Below are positions 14,094 to 26,483 of a stretch of 64,000 bases of DNA, piece by piece. Location: the NCBI GenBank assembly GCA_001938485.1, contig MQRK01244276.1:1-64000 (forward strand). The letters are read 5' to 3'. Made by a program: the position numbers and the translations under genes. The notes beneath the pieces were generated by a model. The model was not told where the DNA came from. It did not search any database and saw only the letters and a list, made by a program, of their open reading frames with translations. Positions within the stretch are counted from its first letter, which is position 1, and each line of letters opens with the position of its first letter. Source of the stretch: Girardia tigrina. Taxonomy: Eukaryota.

Positions 14094-17003
14094 TTAAATT
14101 CTGTTCTGAATTGAATTGAATTGTTCCAGGATTAACCATACAAACTCGGAAGTGGCAAGGTCTTTCGGGACGTATACCTTGTACGCACCATGTTGCGGTG
14201 GCGAGGTATCCAGGTTCCTGAAGTGCTGGCGGGCCGACTCCAGTTGTTCGTCATTGCTGGGACAATCGGAAAAAAATACTTCATTAATGATTGACGTGTT
14301 AGAGCCAAATAGCATCTGCGCTGGTGATGTTCTGTGACGACTGCTGGGAATGTTCCACCATCCAAGTAGAACTAGAGGCAATTGCTTGACCAAGTCTCTG
14401 TTGACGGACATTGTTCTCAGTGAATTCTTCAGTGTACGGTGAAATCGCTCGACAAGGCCATTGGATAGTGGATGAAATGCTGTTGTCTTGAGGCGCTGAG
14501 TTTCCAACCTTTTGAGGAGGTTGGTGACGACATTTGACTCGAATTGTCGGCCTTGATCCGTGATGATTCGCTTCGGGACGCCAAATCTGGCTATTCAGTT
14601 ATTGATAAAAATGTCAACAATTGTTTCGATCGTAATGCTTCTCAACAAAAATGCCTTAGGCCTGCGCGTATTTCGGTCGATTATTGTGAGGATATATGAG
14701 TAGCCATTGTAGGGTGGCAGTGATAGCATGATGTCCATGTGTATCGTATCGAAACGGCTGCCTGTCGGGAAGCTGAGAATTGGCGGTTTGATGTGTCTGG
14801 ATATTTTTTGGGATTGGCATTGGTAACAGGCTTCGCACCATAATTTAACGTCGCGCCGCATATGGGCCAGATGACTTTGGTGCGCAATAATTCCTATTTT
14901 GCCTTTGATCCAGAGTGTGCGATAGGGTTAGGGCGTTTGCACGGAGGGCAGGGCCCAAGACAACCTGCAATGGAGGTGTCGAAGTAAATTTGGCCGCGTG
15001 CTGTGGGCTGTTCCTTGAAAGAATCCAAGTCCTTGTCCGATGATGGATTTTGTTCCAAAGCTTCCTGAATAAATAATGGTTCGAAATCCAGTGATGCCAT
15101 TTCAATTCGGGAGAAACAGTCGGCTGTGACATTGTCGCTCCTGAAATGAACTTAATCTCGATGTCAAACTGAGACAGATAACGGACTTGTCTTTGTTGGC
15201 GAGGTGACGGGTTTTTCATCTGGAATATTTGGAGTAGGGGTTTGAGGTCCGTATAAATTGTCGATGATTGACCAATCAACAAGTGTTCAAAGTGTTTGAG
15301 CGACAGGAACAACCCGAGTAGTTCTCTATCGAAGGTTGAGCACCTTGTTTGGGCGGGCGATAGTTTGTGTAAGTAGAACTCCAGGGGTTCGGGGGTGATG
15401 TCGCGCACCTGCGTCAGAACTGCTCACAATTGCGATGTTCAATGAGTCCGTGATTAACGAGATTGGTAAGGAACCGTCTGGAAACCGAAGTGCTGTGGTC
15501 AGCACGATGTCCAGTTTTATTTGTTGGAAAGCTTCCACTGCTTCTTTGAACCAAGATAATTGCTGCTTTTTTGGTCCTGATGACATGTCTGTAAGCAGAA
15601 CCAGTGTGGCTGATATACCTGGGATAAATCTGCGATAGTAGTTTACCATCCCCAGAAAGCTGCGTAGAGAGGTGACGGTTTATTGATTGAAATTCCGTGA
15701 TAGTATTGATTCGTTCTGGCAATGGGCTGATACCATCGTGAGATAAGGTGTGACCTAAAAATTCAACTTTCGATTGAAAAAATTTACATTTATCCAGTTT
15801 TAATTTCAGATGGTTATCGTTGAGTCTCGATAATGTGTCCGAAAGATGTTGTAGGTGAGTTTACTCGTTTGGTGATGCTATGACAATATTGTCGATGTAA
15901 GCTGCCGTGTTCGATAAACCATTTAGGACGATGTCGATATGTCTCTGGAAGGTCTGTGACGCGTTTCGAAGACCAAATGGCATCCGCAGGTATTCGAAGA
16001 GTCCAAATGGCTTAATGATGGCTTTTTAGGTATCGAACCCTCCTAAACTGGAATCTGGTGGTAAGCCTTGGTCAAATCCAATGACGAGAATATTTTGCAG
16101 CCAGCGAAACGCTGCAGAATATCAGAGATAAGAGGCATCGGGTATGAATCAGGAGTTGTCACGCTGTTTAGTTCTCTATAATCACCTCAGATTCGCAAGG
16201 ATCCGTCCTTTTCGTCTCAATCTGCAAAGGAGCGGCCCAAGGGGAACTGGAACGGCATATAACACATGAGTCTTCAAGTTCCTTGAATTCTTTTTCAGGA
16301 GGATTCTCCTCTCTTTGAACAGTTCGCGGCGTTATTGGCAAACTGGAGCGCACGACATGGTGGCGATCACGTGATTGGAAATACAATTGTTGGAGTTGTC
16401 GAAGGATTTGGATGAATTGATGATGTTGGGATAGTTTATTTTGATGTGTTGAGCAGGATCAGAAACAAGTGAGCAGAGTTGTGGAGCCGTCGATGTCATT
16501 TGTAGTGACTCCAACTTGTGTGGAGAGATGGGCTTCTTATTTCTGCAATCGACTAATAAATTAAAATGATCAAAAAAATCAGCGCCAAGTGTCGGTTGTG
16601 TGACGTCGGTGATGGTGAAATTCCACTGGAAGAGTTGTTCCATGCCGACGAGCTTGAGCGATAATTGGACTGAACCATATGTGTGGACGACTGATCCCTT
16701 GGCCGCTGAGAGGCGACGGGAAGTGGGCCTTGTTTGTTGTTGGAATGATTTGGGTAAGACCGATATGGCTGACCATGTTTCGGCTAAGAACGATGTGGAA
16801 GCGGTAGCTTGACCGCTTATAGTGGCGTTACACAAAAATGCCACAGCAATAGTTGTCATCTTCTCTGTCGGCTGCGAAGACCGAAGACGATCTCAGTTTT
16901 TTGTGGCTGAATGGGTTGGTCACCATAACGAGAGTGATATATGCATATACTATCCAAGTCGCACTCGGATGTGTCACCTCTCCATGTGCATCCGGATTGG
17001 CAT
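14094..17003 (-). mobile_element. Gypsy element A: relatively GC-rich, gag-deleted, degenerate pol (PR-RT-RH-IN)
   Basis: PBS TGGTGACC at 16925-16918. Protease-like FLAETWSAISVLPK...LGADFFDHFNLLVD; RT SSPWAAP, MPFGLRNASQTFQR, YIDNI; RNase H DRELLGL; integrase HMDI, TDQGRQFES, FHPLSNGLVERFHRTLK. Confidence 0.93.
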
Positions 17004-17004
17004 T

Positions 17005-18781
17005 TATTTATTTTAGTATAACCTATGTCCCACTGATGGTCCAGAGAAACATTTTTATGTTTTTCCAAAACGTTATATAAATTTGAGTTTCTTTTAAGAT
17101 TAAATATTTTAACAGCTTGGCTAAATCTCTCACTCTCAGATGCCTGTGGTGCAATATTTACCTCCAAGTTACAAACATAATTATTCTCGATATTTTCAAA
17201 ATCATCTGAGTTTAGCTTATTATAAATGTCAGCCCTTATTAATTTAATTTTAAATTTATTTAATAGATTCATTCCGGCAATTAATTTAGGTGACAATCTA
17301 TCAGTTACATAAAATTCAATATCTTCTTTTCGATTATCAATTTGCACGAGTATTGTAACTTTTCCATGAATTTTCAATGAACTGTCATTAGTACAAAATA
17401 TGTTTTTCGTCTGACACATTTATTCTAATATTCTGAAATTTATCTATGATACTTTTATCTGCCACGCTTATACGAGCCCCTGTATCTAATAAAAAATTAA
17501 TCAATACTTGATTTAATTTGATCTTTAAGCTGGGTCGACCGTTCATCTCATTATATACAATTTTATACTGATTAATTTCAGGTTGTGAGATTTTATTAAC
17601 ATTTTTAAATTCATTTAATAAATATATTTTACTATCATTATTTACTGCTACATAATCATACTTAATTTGTAATGAAAAAACTTGCATTCATTTTTACAAA
17701 CGTTATGATCATTACGAAAATTATGTTTGTTTTTACAAAAATTACTATTTAAAAAATTATGAGTATATTTATAAAAACTATTTACATTTAATTGTGGTTC
17801 AAAAACATTATTACATTTTTCTAGTTGATGGCTCCAATCACCTCTCCTACTGGTGAAGCCCGCTCTTTTGAGTATTTCCTTGGCATCTCATCAATCTCTT
17901 CCTGATCTGACTGGATTGACTCTTCATATATAGCTGCTACACGATTATTTCTCGATTGACCGAAACTGGTCTCTTCTCGTCGTCTTTCTCTCTATTCCCC
18001 GAAACTGGTTTCTTCTCGTCGTCTTTCTCTCGATTGATCGAAACTGGTCCCTTCTCATCATCTTTATCTGCACTGAATCGCAAATATCCACGCTTTTTAT
18101 AGTAAGAGCACGAGACGTTCGGACATTAATTCCTCACATGTCCTTCTTCTTTACACCCGAGGCAACAAACTCCTCTCTTCTGAGGGCAGTTCCTTCGAAT
18201 GTGCCCTTTTGCGTTGCATCCGTTGCAAATGATGTCTCTTCTATCAACTGCGTTTCCTTTCAAATGTTTCCTTTCGATTTACTGCAGCGACATTATTTTC
18301 TTCTAAAACGAAATCCATCTTTTTAATAATATCTTTAATTTCACCTCTTGAAGTCGCATCTTGCATCTTCAATTCTTTTTTTGACGCAATGCACCAGGAA
18401 GTAAGAAGATAATAATTTTTTATTCCAACGATGTGTGAGTAATTTGTCCATCATATTTTCGATCTTTTAGAAAAAAAACAGGAGCCGCATTTCTTTTCTT
18501 TTCGTATTTGTAGAGATTCATAAAATCTTGGATGAGAGATGATGGTCTCTGGAAAACCAAATTTATTCGTTCTTCGAAGTTAGTGATCTTCCAATCCACT
18601 GCTTCGTAGACTGGAATCAGTTCTTTAGCCAAGAATCCTTTAACGACGATGCTCTCGACATTACCCTGGATTTTGACAATTTAGAAGAATCGGCGGCAGT
18701 CATTGATGAACTCCGTCAAGTCTTGTTCTCCATTATAGATTTCTGGGACCATATGATTCATGAGGTTTGCGTAGGTCGCCA
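17005..18781 (-). mobile_element. Gypsy element B: degenerate gag and protease, truncated near the RT start
   Basis: Gag MATYANLMNHMVPEIYNGEQDL..., zinc knuckle CLGCKEEGHVRN*C, protease FLLDTGARISV...LIAGMNLL, then HQWDIG at the junction with element A. Confidence 0.85.
17950..18070 (-). repeat. 39-bp coding tandem repeat (x3) in the Gag C-terminus
   Basis: Encodes KDDEKGPVSINRE / KDDEKKPVSGNRE / KDDEKRPVSVNRE. Confidence 0.8.
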
Positions 18782-18905
18782 TATAAGATAATATAAAACG
18801 TCACTTCCAGTGACAATATTTTCTGAATGTTTTTGAACCATGTTTAATTAAATTTTATTATAAGTTATTTACATTTAATATTTACAAATATTAATTTATC
18901 TCACA
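18782..18905 (-). repeat. 5' LTR of Gypsy B (124 bp)
   Basis: Termini TGTGAGATAA...TTATCTTATA (8/10 inverted match), followed directly by the PBS TGGCGACC. Confidence 0.7.
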
Positions 18906-19859
18906 GTCAAAAAGATAAGTCAAAGTTCAACATCCTTCCACCGTTGATGGAAACGAAATGGTAGATGAGTTATGTAAATTGTTTTTTCAAAATTTCGTAG
19001 TTTAACCTTCTTTTTCCAATCGAAACGACATTTGGCCCTACTAATTACAAAATTATAAAATTACTTCAATAGTTTTTGTCTCCTGAAACATGGTGAACTT
19101 TAGGAAACTTTAATACTGAATTTTGATGGTTATAATGAATATAATATTTAATATAAATCAGTCTTACGAAAACAGTTTTATTATTCGAAATTCTTTATGA
19201 CTTGAGAGTTTTATTGATCCAAAAGAAATTATTTCTTCAACAGTAAAACTAAGAGTAGATAAATTTATTCGATGCTATACTTTGAGACTTTTCCTTCCTT
19301 TGGAATAAATACTCTTTTAAAACATATTCATAGCTTTTATTCATTATCCTTCTTCCATTTTTTACGTTTAAAGGTATTTGTGAAGAATATTTTCTAATAC
19401 AGTATGCTCGATGTTATAAATTTTGAGATCTATTTTAGTGATAATTATCTAACACGGTTGTGATTTATATTTTTGGATACAAGAATTTATATGTATTTAT
19501 GCAGTGATAATATATTCAGTTGTTTGAATGATTCGTGTGGCAAGGTAAAAATAAAAAACATTGTTGTCTCTTTAGTTAATCCTCGTAATTCTTTACAAGT
19601 TATCGCGCTGGTATGACGTCTATTCAAGTGGCAGATATTACCCACCAATTTTGTGGCGACTGTGATTTCGAGGAATTTGTACGAATTTTTATCTTTTTTC
19701 CTGAAGGGTGGTACTTTCATAGTTTATGATGGTCTCAGTCAGGAAACAAAGGACAATTATAAGAAAAAGAAAATAATCTATTCAGAATAATCTAGACAAT
19801 TCTGATTTAGATGACGTTGCTTTTCGAAAATTTTAACATTTGCTACTTCAAATGTTCAT

Positions 19860-20250
19860 TTTCTATTTAATGGTGAATGGTACTAAGAAATAAAGGGGGT
19901 TGCAAGGGGTTCACCACTGGCTCCAACGTTATCCTCTTTATTTCTTTCTTCCATTGAGGAAAAAAATAATTGTTTTGGGGAAAAACTATTATTATATATG
20001 AGATAAGTGGATGATATCTCTCTGGTCTTTGAATCTTGAGAACATGTTTTTCCTTTTCTAGATTACATGAATTCAATTCATCTAAATATAATCTTTACAG
20101 TGGAAAAGGAAATAAACGGAAAATTATCATTCTTTGACTAGTTAATTGCAAAGAAAAATGATCAATTTGAAACTGAAATATATCGAAAGAAAACTGATAC
20201 TGGTTTTTAAATCTCCATAGACAATTTGGTGAGTTTAAATATAATAGGAA
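19860..20250 (+). mobile_element. Penelope-like RT fragment
   Basis: GVARGSPLAPTLSSLFL...MR*VDD...FLDYMNSIHLNIIFTVEKEINGKLSFFD...IYRKKTDTG. Confidence 0.85.
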
Positions 20251-20272
20251 TAAGATGAAAGCTTGTAAGATG

Positions 20273-21300
20273 AAAGTTTTGTAAAAAAAATATATATAAT
20301 TAAAAATAAATCTCTGTTATTAATCAATAATTTTCATTATTTTAATTTGTATAATATTTGTAAATATTTTTAGATTTGTTTTAGCAAACTAATTTTCAAG
20401 GTTAGATAAAACTAGTATATAAACAATTATTATTTTAGTATTAGTCTCACAAAAATTTTTCGGACAAAAGTTTATTTTGCTGTTACCATTAAAGTTTTAT
20501 GTTCATAATGAATTGCGGTAATCTTTTTATTTTATTTATAATTACAAATCGAGTATCCTGTAAGGGAGAAAGTTTGTTAATTTAAATTACAGATATTGCT
20601 CGTTCTAAATCAATATTGATTTGCGTTGATTGAGTGTGCTTCAAACATTTCATTTGGTGATAAAGTTTCAATTTCAGTTTGTGCTCAAGTGTCATTTGCA
20701 AATAAAGTTTATTAAAAGGATATGTTTTCATTCTATATATATTATGTTGGGTATGCAATTCGTATTATTCTTTATTTATATTCAACTACTAATCTGACTC
20801 CAAATAAACAAAGGTTTCTTCCAACAATAATATATAAAGAATGAAGACAATTCCTTTTAATAAGCTTTATTTGCAAATGACACTTGAGCACAAACTGAAA
20901 TTGAAACTTTATCACCAAATGAAATGTTTTGAAGCACACTCAATCAACGCAAATCAATATTGATTTAGAACGAGCAATATCTGTAATTTAAATTAACAAA
21001 CTTTCTCCCTTACAGGATACTCGATTTGTAATTATAAATAAAATAAAAAGATTACCGCAATTCATTATGAACATAAAACTTTAATGGTAACAGCAAAATA
21101 AACTTTTGTCCGAAAAATTTTTGTGAGACTAATACTAAAATAATAATTGTTTATATACTAGTTTTATCTAACCTTGAAAATTAGTTTGCTAAAACAAATC
21201 TAAAAATATTTACAAATATGATACAAATTAAAATAATGAAAATTATTGATTAATAACAGAGAATTATTTTTAATTATATATATTTTTTTTACAAAACTTT
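20273..21300. repeat. Long inverted repeat: arms 20273-20750 and 20821-21300, 70-nt spacer
   Basis: Direct reverse-complement comparison of the arms shows only a few differences over the outer ~445 bp. Confidence 0.97.
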
Positions 21301-21824
21301 TTGATTAAGAATTTAAATCTATTTATTGAAACCCCAACATATTGAAGGTACATTTAAATTTTAAAAATAATTCATTAAAAATATTAAAACTAATCTTTCA
21401 CTTATAAATAAAATTTTTAGTTTTGGTTATTATTTATTTTTTGCTTTATAAAATTTTTATAAGTTTCTTATTGGAAATGTATTGGTCATCATTTTTAAAT
21501 ACAAACAATAATGACGATTCATAATAATAATTATTATTATCGAATTTTTACATTTTATAATTTTCAGAACAACACCTGTTCTTTCATAATTAAAATTGAT
21601 ATTTTTTAAATGATTATGTATGATAATAATTATTTATTAGCAATACTATTAAGCATAATATTTTATAAGTATAATTTTTGAAAAAATCAACAATAATTTG
21701 ATTTATTTAATAAAAAATTAATATAATAATATAGAGTAGGCTAAATAATGCTGTTATATGTCAAATTATAAATCCTGCTATATATATATATATATAATTT
21801 GATTAAAGCTTTTTTTATATAATT

Positions 21825-21866
21825 ATTGGACATGTTTCGATATTTACATATATCATCATCAGCAAT
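21825..21866 (-). ncRNA. Minimal type I hammerhead ribozyme (PLE family 1)
   Basis: ATTG-CTGATGA-tGATATatgtaaATATC-GAAA-CATG-TC-CAAT: intact core, stem I ATTG/CAAT, palindromic stem III ACATGT. Confidence 0.85.
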
Positions 21867-22588
21867 TTTCAGATGTTTAATATATGAATATTGAATTGTT
21901 TGAATAATACAATTTTAACAGATATATTTACTTTAAAAGGTAACGAAAAAATTAATTATTATTATTTATCAAAGTATTATTGGGCAAAAATAATGGCAAA
22001 AATAATATTTTAATTAAAATTTTTAAATATTGAAATAACCTTACTTTGCCCATTCTGAATGTTAATTGATGGGTTGTAGTGTCTTATTAGTAGAGATTCA
22101 CAAAACTGTCGTTCGTAATGTGAATCAAACCCTTTTGTAGAACAGAAAACTCATCTTTTGAAATGGATGAGGTTCTATCCTTACAACATAACCAATGATC
22201 AAGAACCTTACTCGATTGACTCATCTGCGAGTGCTCGCTAATCCGGGTTTTGAGATGACGATTTGTCTCTCCGATGTACGAGTTTTGACACCCGTGACAA
22301 TTAAATTTATATACCAGATTAGCTTGCAAATCACAAACTGTTTTCGATTTGTTTTAGAGGAAACTTTGAACTTTGGATGTGACAGAGACTACTTTAGCAC
22401 TACTTATTGTTCTACAAATATTCTTCTTAAATGCTCTAAGTCCTTCAGAATATGGAATTTTAATGATTTGCTTGTATTCTTCAGTATTTTCTTAAGAAGA
22501 AAATACTAAAGAATACAAACAAATCATTAAAATTCCATTAAATTGTATTATTCAAACAATTCAATATTCATATACTAAACATCCGAAA

Positions 22589-22630
22589 ATTGCTGATGAT
22601 GATGTATGTAAATATCGAAACATGTCCAAT
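22589..22630 (+). ncRNA. Minimal type I hammerhead ribozyme (inverted copy)
   Basis: ATTG-CTGATGA-tGATGTatgtaaATATC-GAAA-CATG-TC-CAAT. Confidence 0.85.
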
Positions 22631-23159
22631 AATTATATAAAAAAAGCTTTAATCAAATNNNNNNNNNNNNNNNNNNNNNNNNNNNNNNNNNNNNNNNNNN
22701 NNNNNNNNNNNNNNNNNNNNNNNNNNNNNNNNNNNNNNNNNNNNNNNNNNNNNTATATATATATATATATATATAATCTTGTGAATACTAATTTCATATT
22801 ATTAAAAAATAATTTTGTTCAAGCTTTTTTAATAAATCGATTACAGTACAAATAAACCTTTTAAATAACTTTATACAATAGAAACATTAAAAAATTAAAA
22901 AATAGATTATGATGGACAATATTCCGAAACATGTTCTATATATATATATATATATATATACATAATGTTGAGTGTTATTGTTTTAAATAAACTGAAATCA
23001 AACTTTATAGTGACACTGTTCTAATCCAACTCTTTTACGTTTTTTAAATACTTTCTAAATTACTTAGTATCTCATTTCGGCTTCAATTTTAATGTTCAGT
23101 ATCAGTGAGGGTTAAGTGATACCTTTTCCTACATCTTAGTTTTAATACCTTTCTTAATA

Positions 23160-24225
23160 GTCTTTCTTAGTCTCATGCATGTAGATTGTTTACAAAATTT
23201 GCTTAATAATTTAATTTACAAACAAAAGTTCTACAAGGAGAGAGGAGAGGATTTGTAAAAGATAATAATTACAAATGTGGAAATGTTTTGCTAAACAAAT
23301 ATTTTCTTTTTTATTTTATATTTTATACTTTTTTATGATGTGGTGATACTCCACAAATTATTTTACTCATTAAATTTTATTATTTAAATAGTACAATATT
23401 CTACATTTTTGTACAATGTCTTGTATTTATTCTAAATAAATTATAAAAATTAGTTGATAACGCTCTATATGTCATTAACAAAAACACAAAACCAATTTTA
23501 TACCAAATTTTAGTTTTATAAACTGGAATTGTCTTAAAAAGTATCTTTAATATTAACAAAGATTTATCACTACATATATAGTCAACTTATTAGAATAATT
23601 TTGTGTTGCTTTTTTGCATGAATTATCGTATTAAATAACTTAAATATTATCTTATTTAATTTACTAAATTTATTATTAACGATTTGTTCTAGCATTTTCT
23701 TAAGTCTCTCTAAATTAATTTTATTAATTACTAATTCGTTGTTTTAACAATTACATGTGTGTTGATTTTTTGAAATCGATTGAAGAACTTGTTGTCATGA
23801 ACGAGCAGGATTGGGTGACTTACTGATGTTGGGTTCGATATCACAAATGGAATTCATAATACTAAAATTTATATAACAATTTCCTATTTTGAAAACTAAT
23901 TTTCTGAGGATCCTGTGTATGTTTTGCACAAGTCAATTATAAATAATTATAAAATATTAATACAGATATTTAATTTTATAGTTTTATGCTATTTTATAGT
24001 TTATAGCTGATGAATATTTTAATTCTTATTATCTGAAAATATGTAATGTTTAAATTTATTTCTACATCAAAAAATTTTAAAATCAAATTGTAAAATGTTA
24101 CCTTATTCTACATTTTATTTTTCATATCTTTCTTCGTTGTCTTTCTTAGTCTCATACATGTAGATTGTTTACAAAATTTGTTTAATAATTTAATTTAAAA
24201 ACAAAAAGTTCTACAAGGAGAGAGG
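23160..24225 (+). repeat. Local direct duplications
   Basis: ctttcttagtctcat.catgtagattgtttac...caaggagag at ~23162-23242 and ~24141-24225. A ~55-bp LTR-internal piece occurs at ~24009-24064 and ~24462-24517. Confidence 0.75.
23827..23990 (+). repeat. Dispersed repeat family 2 (other copies ~2826-2930 +, ~49900-50058 -, ~61276-61471 -)
   Basis: Shared order of motifs T(G/A)TT(G/A)GGTTC..atca...aaa(c/t)ttat...aacaa...gagga...ttttgcacaa; the 2826 copy is truncated. Confidence 0.6.
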
Positions 24226-24376
24226 TTGTATTGGTCGACTTTACAGTAACTAAAGGGAAATCTAATCTCTTCCTTCGCAGATAAGTCTGTGATCCGAAAG
24301 GACAGATGTATTTCTTCGGTACTGATCATTTCTTCCACCACAGTCGAGATAGTTTGAGGTTCCGTTGCTTTAGGTT

Positions 24377-24801
24377 TGTGAGGAATACTTTGAATGTTTG
24401 ATGTTTTGTGTTTGAATGTCGTATATTGATTTATAATTGTGTCTCTCCTACCCAGATGGATGATTAATATTTTAATTCTTATTATCTGAAAATATGTAAT
24501 GTTTAAATTTATTTCTAATTTAAAATAATTGTAAAATTTTAATTTTATTTACAAATTTTAAATAAATAAATTGAATTAATATTTTTTAAATAAATAATAA
24601 TCATTTAAATTTTTATACAATAAATTTTGAGTAAATATTTTAACAATTTATGTAAATCTCCATTTGTTCAGATAATAAGTTTAAAGTAGTTAATTAATAG
24701 ACTGATGCAATCCTACGAAAGCTTTAACAAAGATTGTCCTAAAGACAATCAAGCTTGTTACAATAATAAAAATGTTAAAATTCATATTGGTGTTCTTAAT
24801 A
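24377..24801 (+). mobile_element. Solo LTR, family 1
   Basis: TGTGAGGAA start, core box at 24444-24459 and end TTGGTGTTCTTAATA, identical to the LTR end at 63009. Flanks aggtt/gagtt are an imperfect TSD. Confidence 0.85.
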
Positions 24802-26299
24802 GAGTTTAGAATATCTTTGGTATTTTGGTTGGCTTCTTTAATTGTGTTGCTGATCTGGTTCATTTGCTCTGATTGATCGGACGAGATTCTGATAATTTCA
24901 TCTCAGTCTAGTTTGTGATCCGTATGGAGACGTCTCGTTTGCCATGTCTTTGATATATAAGTCTTTTTATAGCAAGCACATTTAAAAAGTTGTTCGCCTT
25001 CTTCAGTATTCACCGTAGTTAATGTTTTTCTCAGAGCGGGAGTAACCACCGCTTTAGGATCTTATCTGACATATCTATTGAGCTCTTTTTTCATCAAGTC
25101 AGATTTTTGACACTTAAAAATCTTTTTTTATAATTTTTTAAACTTTTACAATTTCTGTTTTTAATTTTAACCTGTAATAAAATGTATCTTAACAAAAGTA
25201 ACATTGACTGAGGTGCTCAACGTGGGAAGATGTGATTGATTAAACTGTGACGTTAGACCACGCAGAAAATTTAAGAATTTGAGTTTTATTTTAAAGACTT
25301 TCGAAGTTAATCACATAAATATTTTTACAATAACAACTAAAATTATCATAAAAGTGATTTACTTTTACTATCATATTTATTTTATAACTTTCCTTTGATG
25401 TAAGTTAGTTTTCCGAAGATTGTGACACCTAACTTTAAGTTAATTAATATTTTACTTACAAATACATATTGCGACTAATTAAATTGACTTTGAACTATTT
25501 CGTTTAGGGGAATTAAATATTTACCTTTCATTTTCAGTAGAAAAGAATGAAAATTAAATATCAAAGAAGAAAAATAAACGACTTATTTTTCTTGTTTAAT
25601 ATAAAAGTTTCGATTTGTAGTATACAAATGAGACTGAGTAATCTTTATTTATTTTGATCAAGGAAAACTGGATCATACATGATTTAATTTACATGAGACA
25701 ATTTTCCTTTTTCCTTACTTTATTTTTTTTTCAAAAATATTTACCTATAAAATTTGTATTATTTGCAAAATAATAATAATTCTGTTTCGAAAATAATTTC
25801 ATAAAAAGTTTAATAAATATTTTAATTTATAAATAAAAAATATTAATTTCTTCGATTTCTTTAAGTTTTTAATTCTTTATAAATTTTTGTTATTTAATTT
25901 TATATTTATTATTGTTTTAATGTTTCAATTTTTCTTTGGGATATACTGAGTAATATTTATATTACGTTTCCTTTTTGAGATGTTTTTCAATGACTTATAG
26001 TGTCTGATTATCAATGATTCACTACACAAACTCCCAAAATATGAAATCAAATGATGTACATGTGTACAAACTGGATTGTCAATCCCTTGTCTTTTGATGA
26101 AAACAATTTCAAAACCCAATTTTGGAGTTGCTGAAGATTATCAAGTCATAATCCATAAAAGAATTACGCCATTGAGCTGAAAATTGAAAAACCAGAAGGT
26201 ACAAGATATGGACAGTGTGCAGGACGGGAGGGAAAATTGGATTACATTAATAGTTGGATCTTATCCTTTGCCCCTTTAGCCTGAGGAATAGTTGAAATA

Positions 26300-26437
26300 T
26301 CGTGTTGCAAATTTAAAGACGTTATGATATTAATAATAAATAAACAATATTTATTAATTAAAAACTGCGCGACACTATATTATTTAAACAAATTTATTTA
26401 CAGGAGTTTTTAATATAAAAATATTCAGATCTAATTG

Positions 26438-26483
<46 letters not shown>

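Larger units (their letters stand above)
21800..22657 (-). mobile_element. 5'-truncated Penelope-like element (GIY-YIG endonuclease) with inverted pseudo-LTRs
   Basis: LVYKFNCHGCQNSYIGETNRHLKTRISEH at 22087-22329. Segment 21800-21914 recurs inverted at ~22540-22656; (TA)n on the left, gap then (TA)n on the right. Confidence 0.9.

Noticed and set aside
17950-18070. CRISPR-like array
   Set aside because: The units are contiguous, in frame and have no spacers; the context is a eukaryotic gag.
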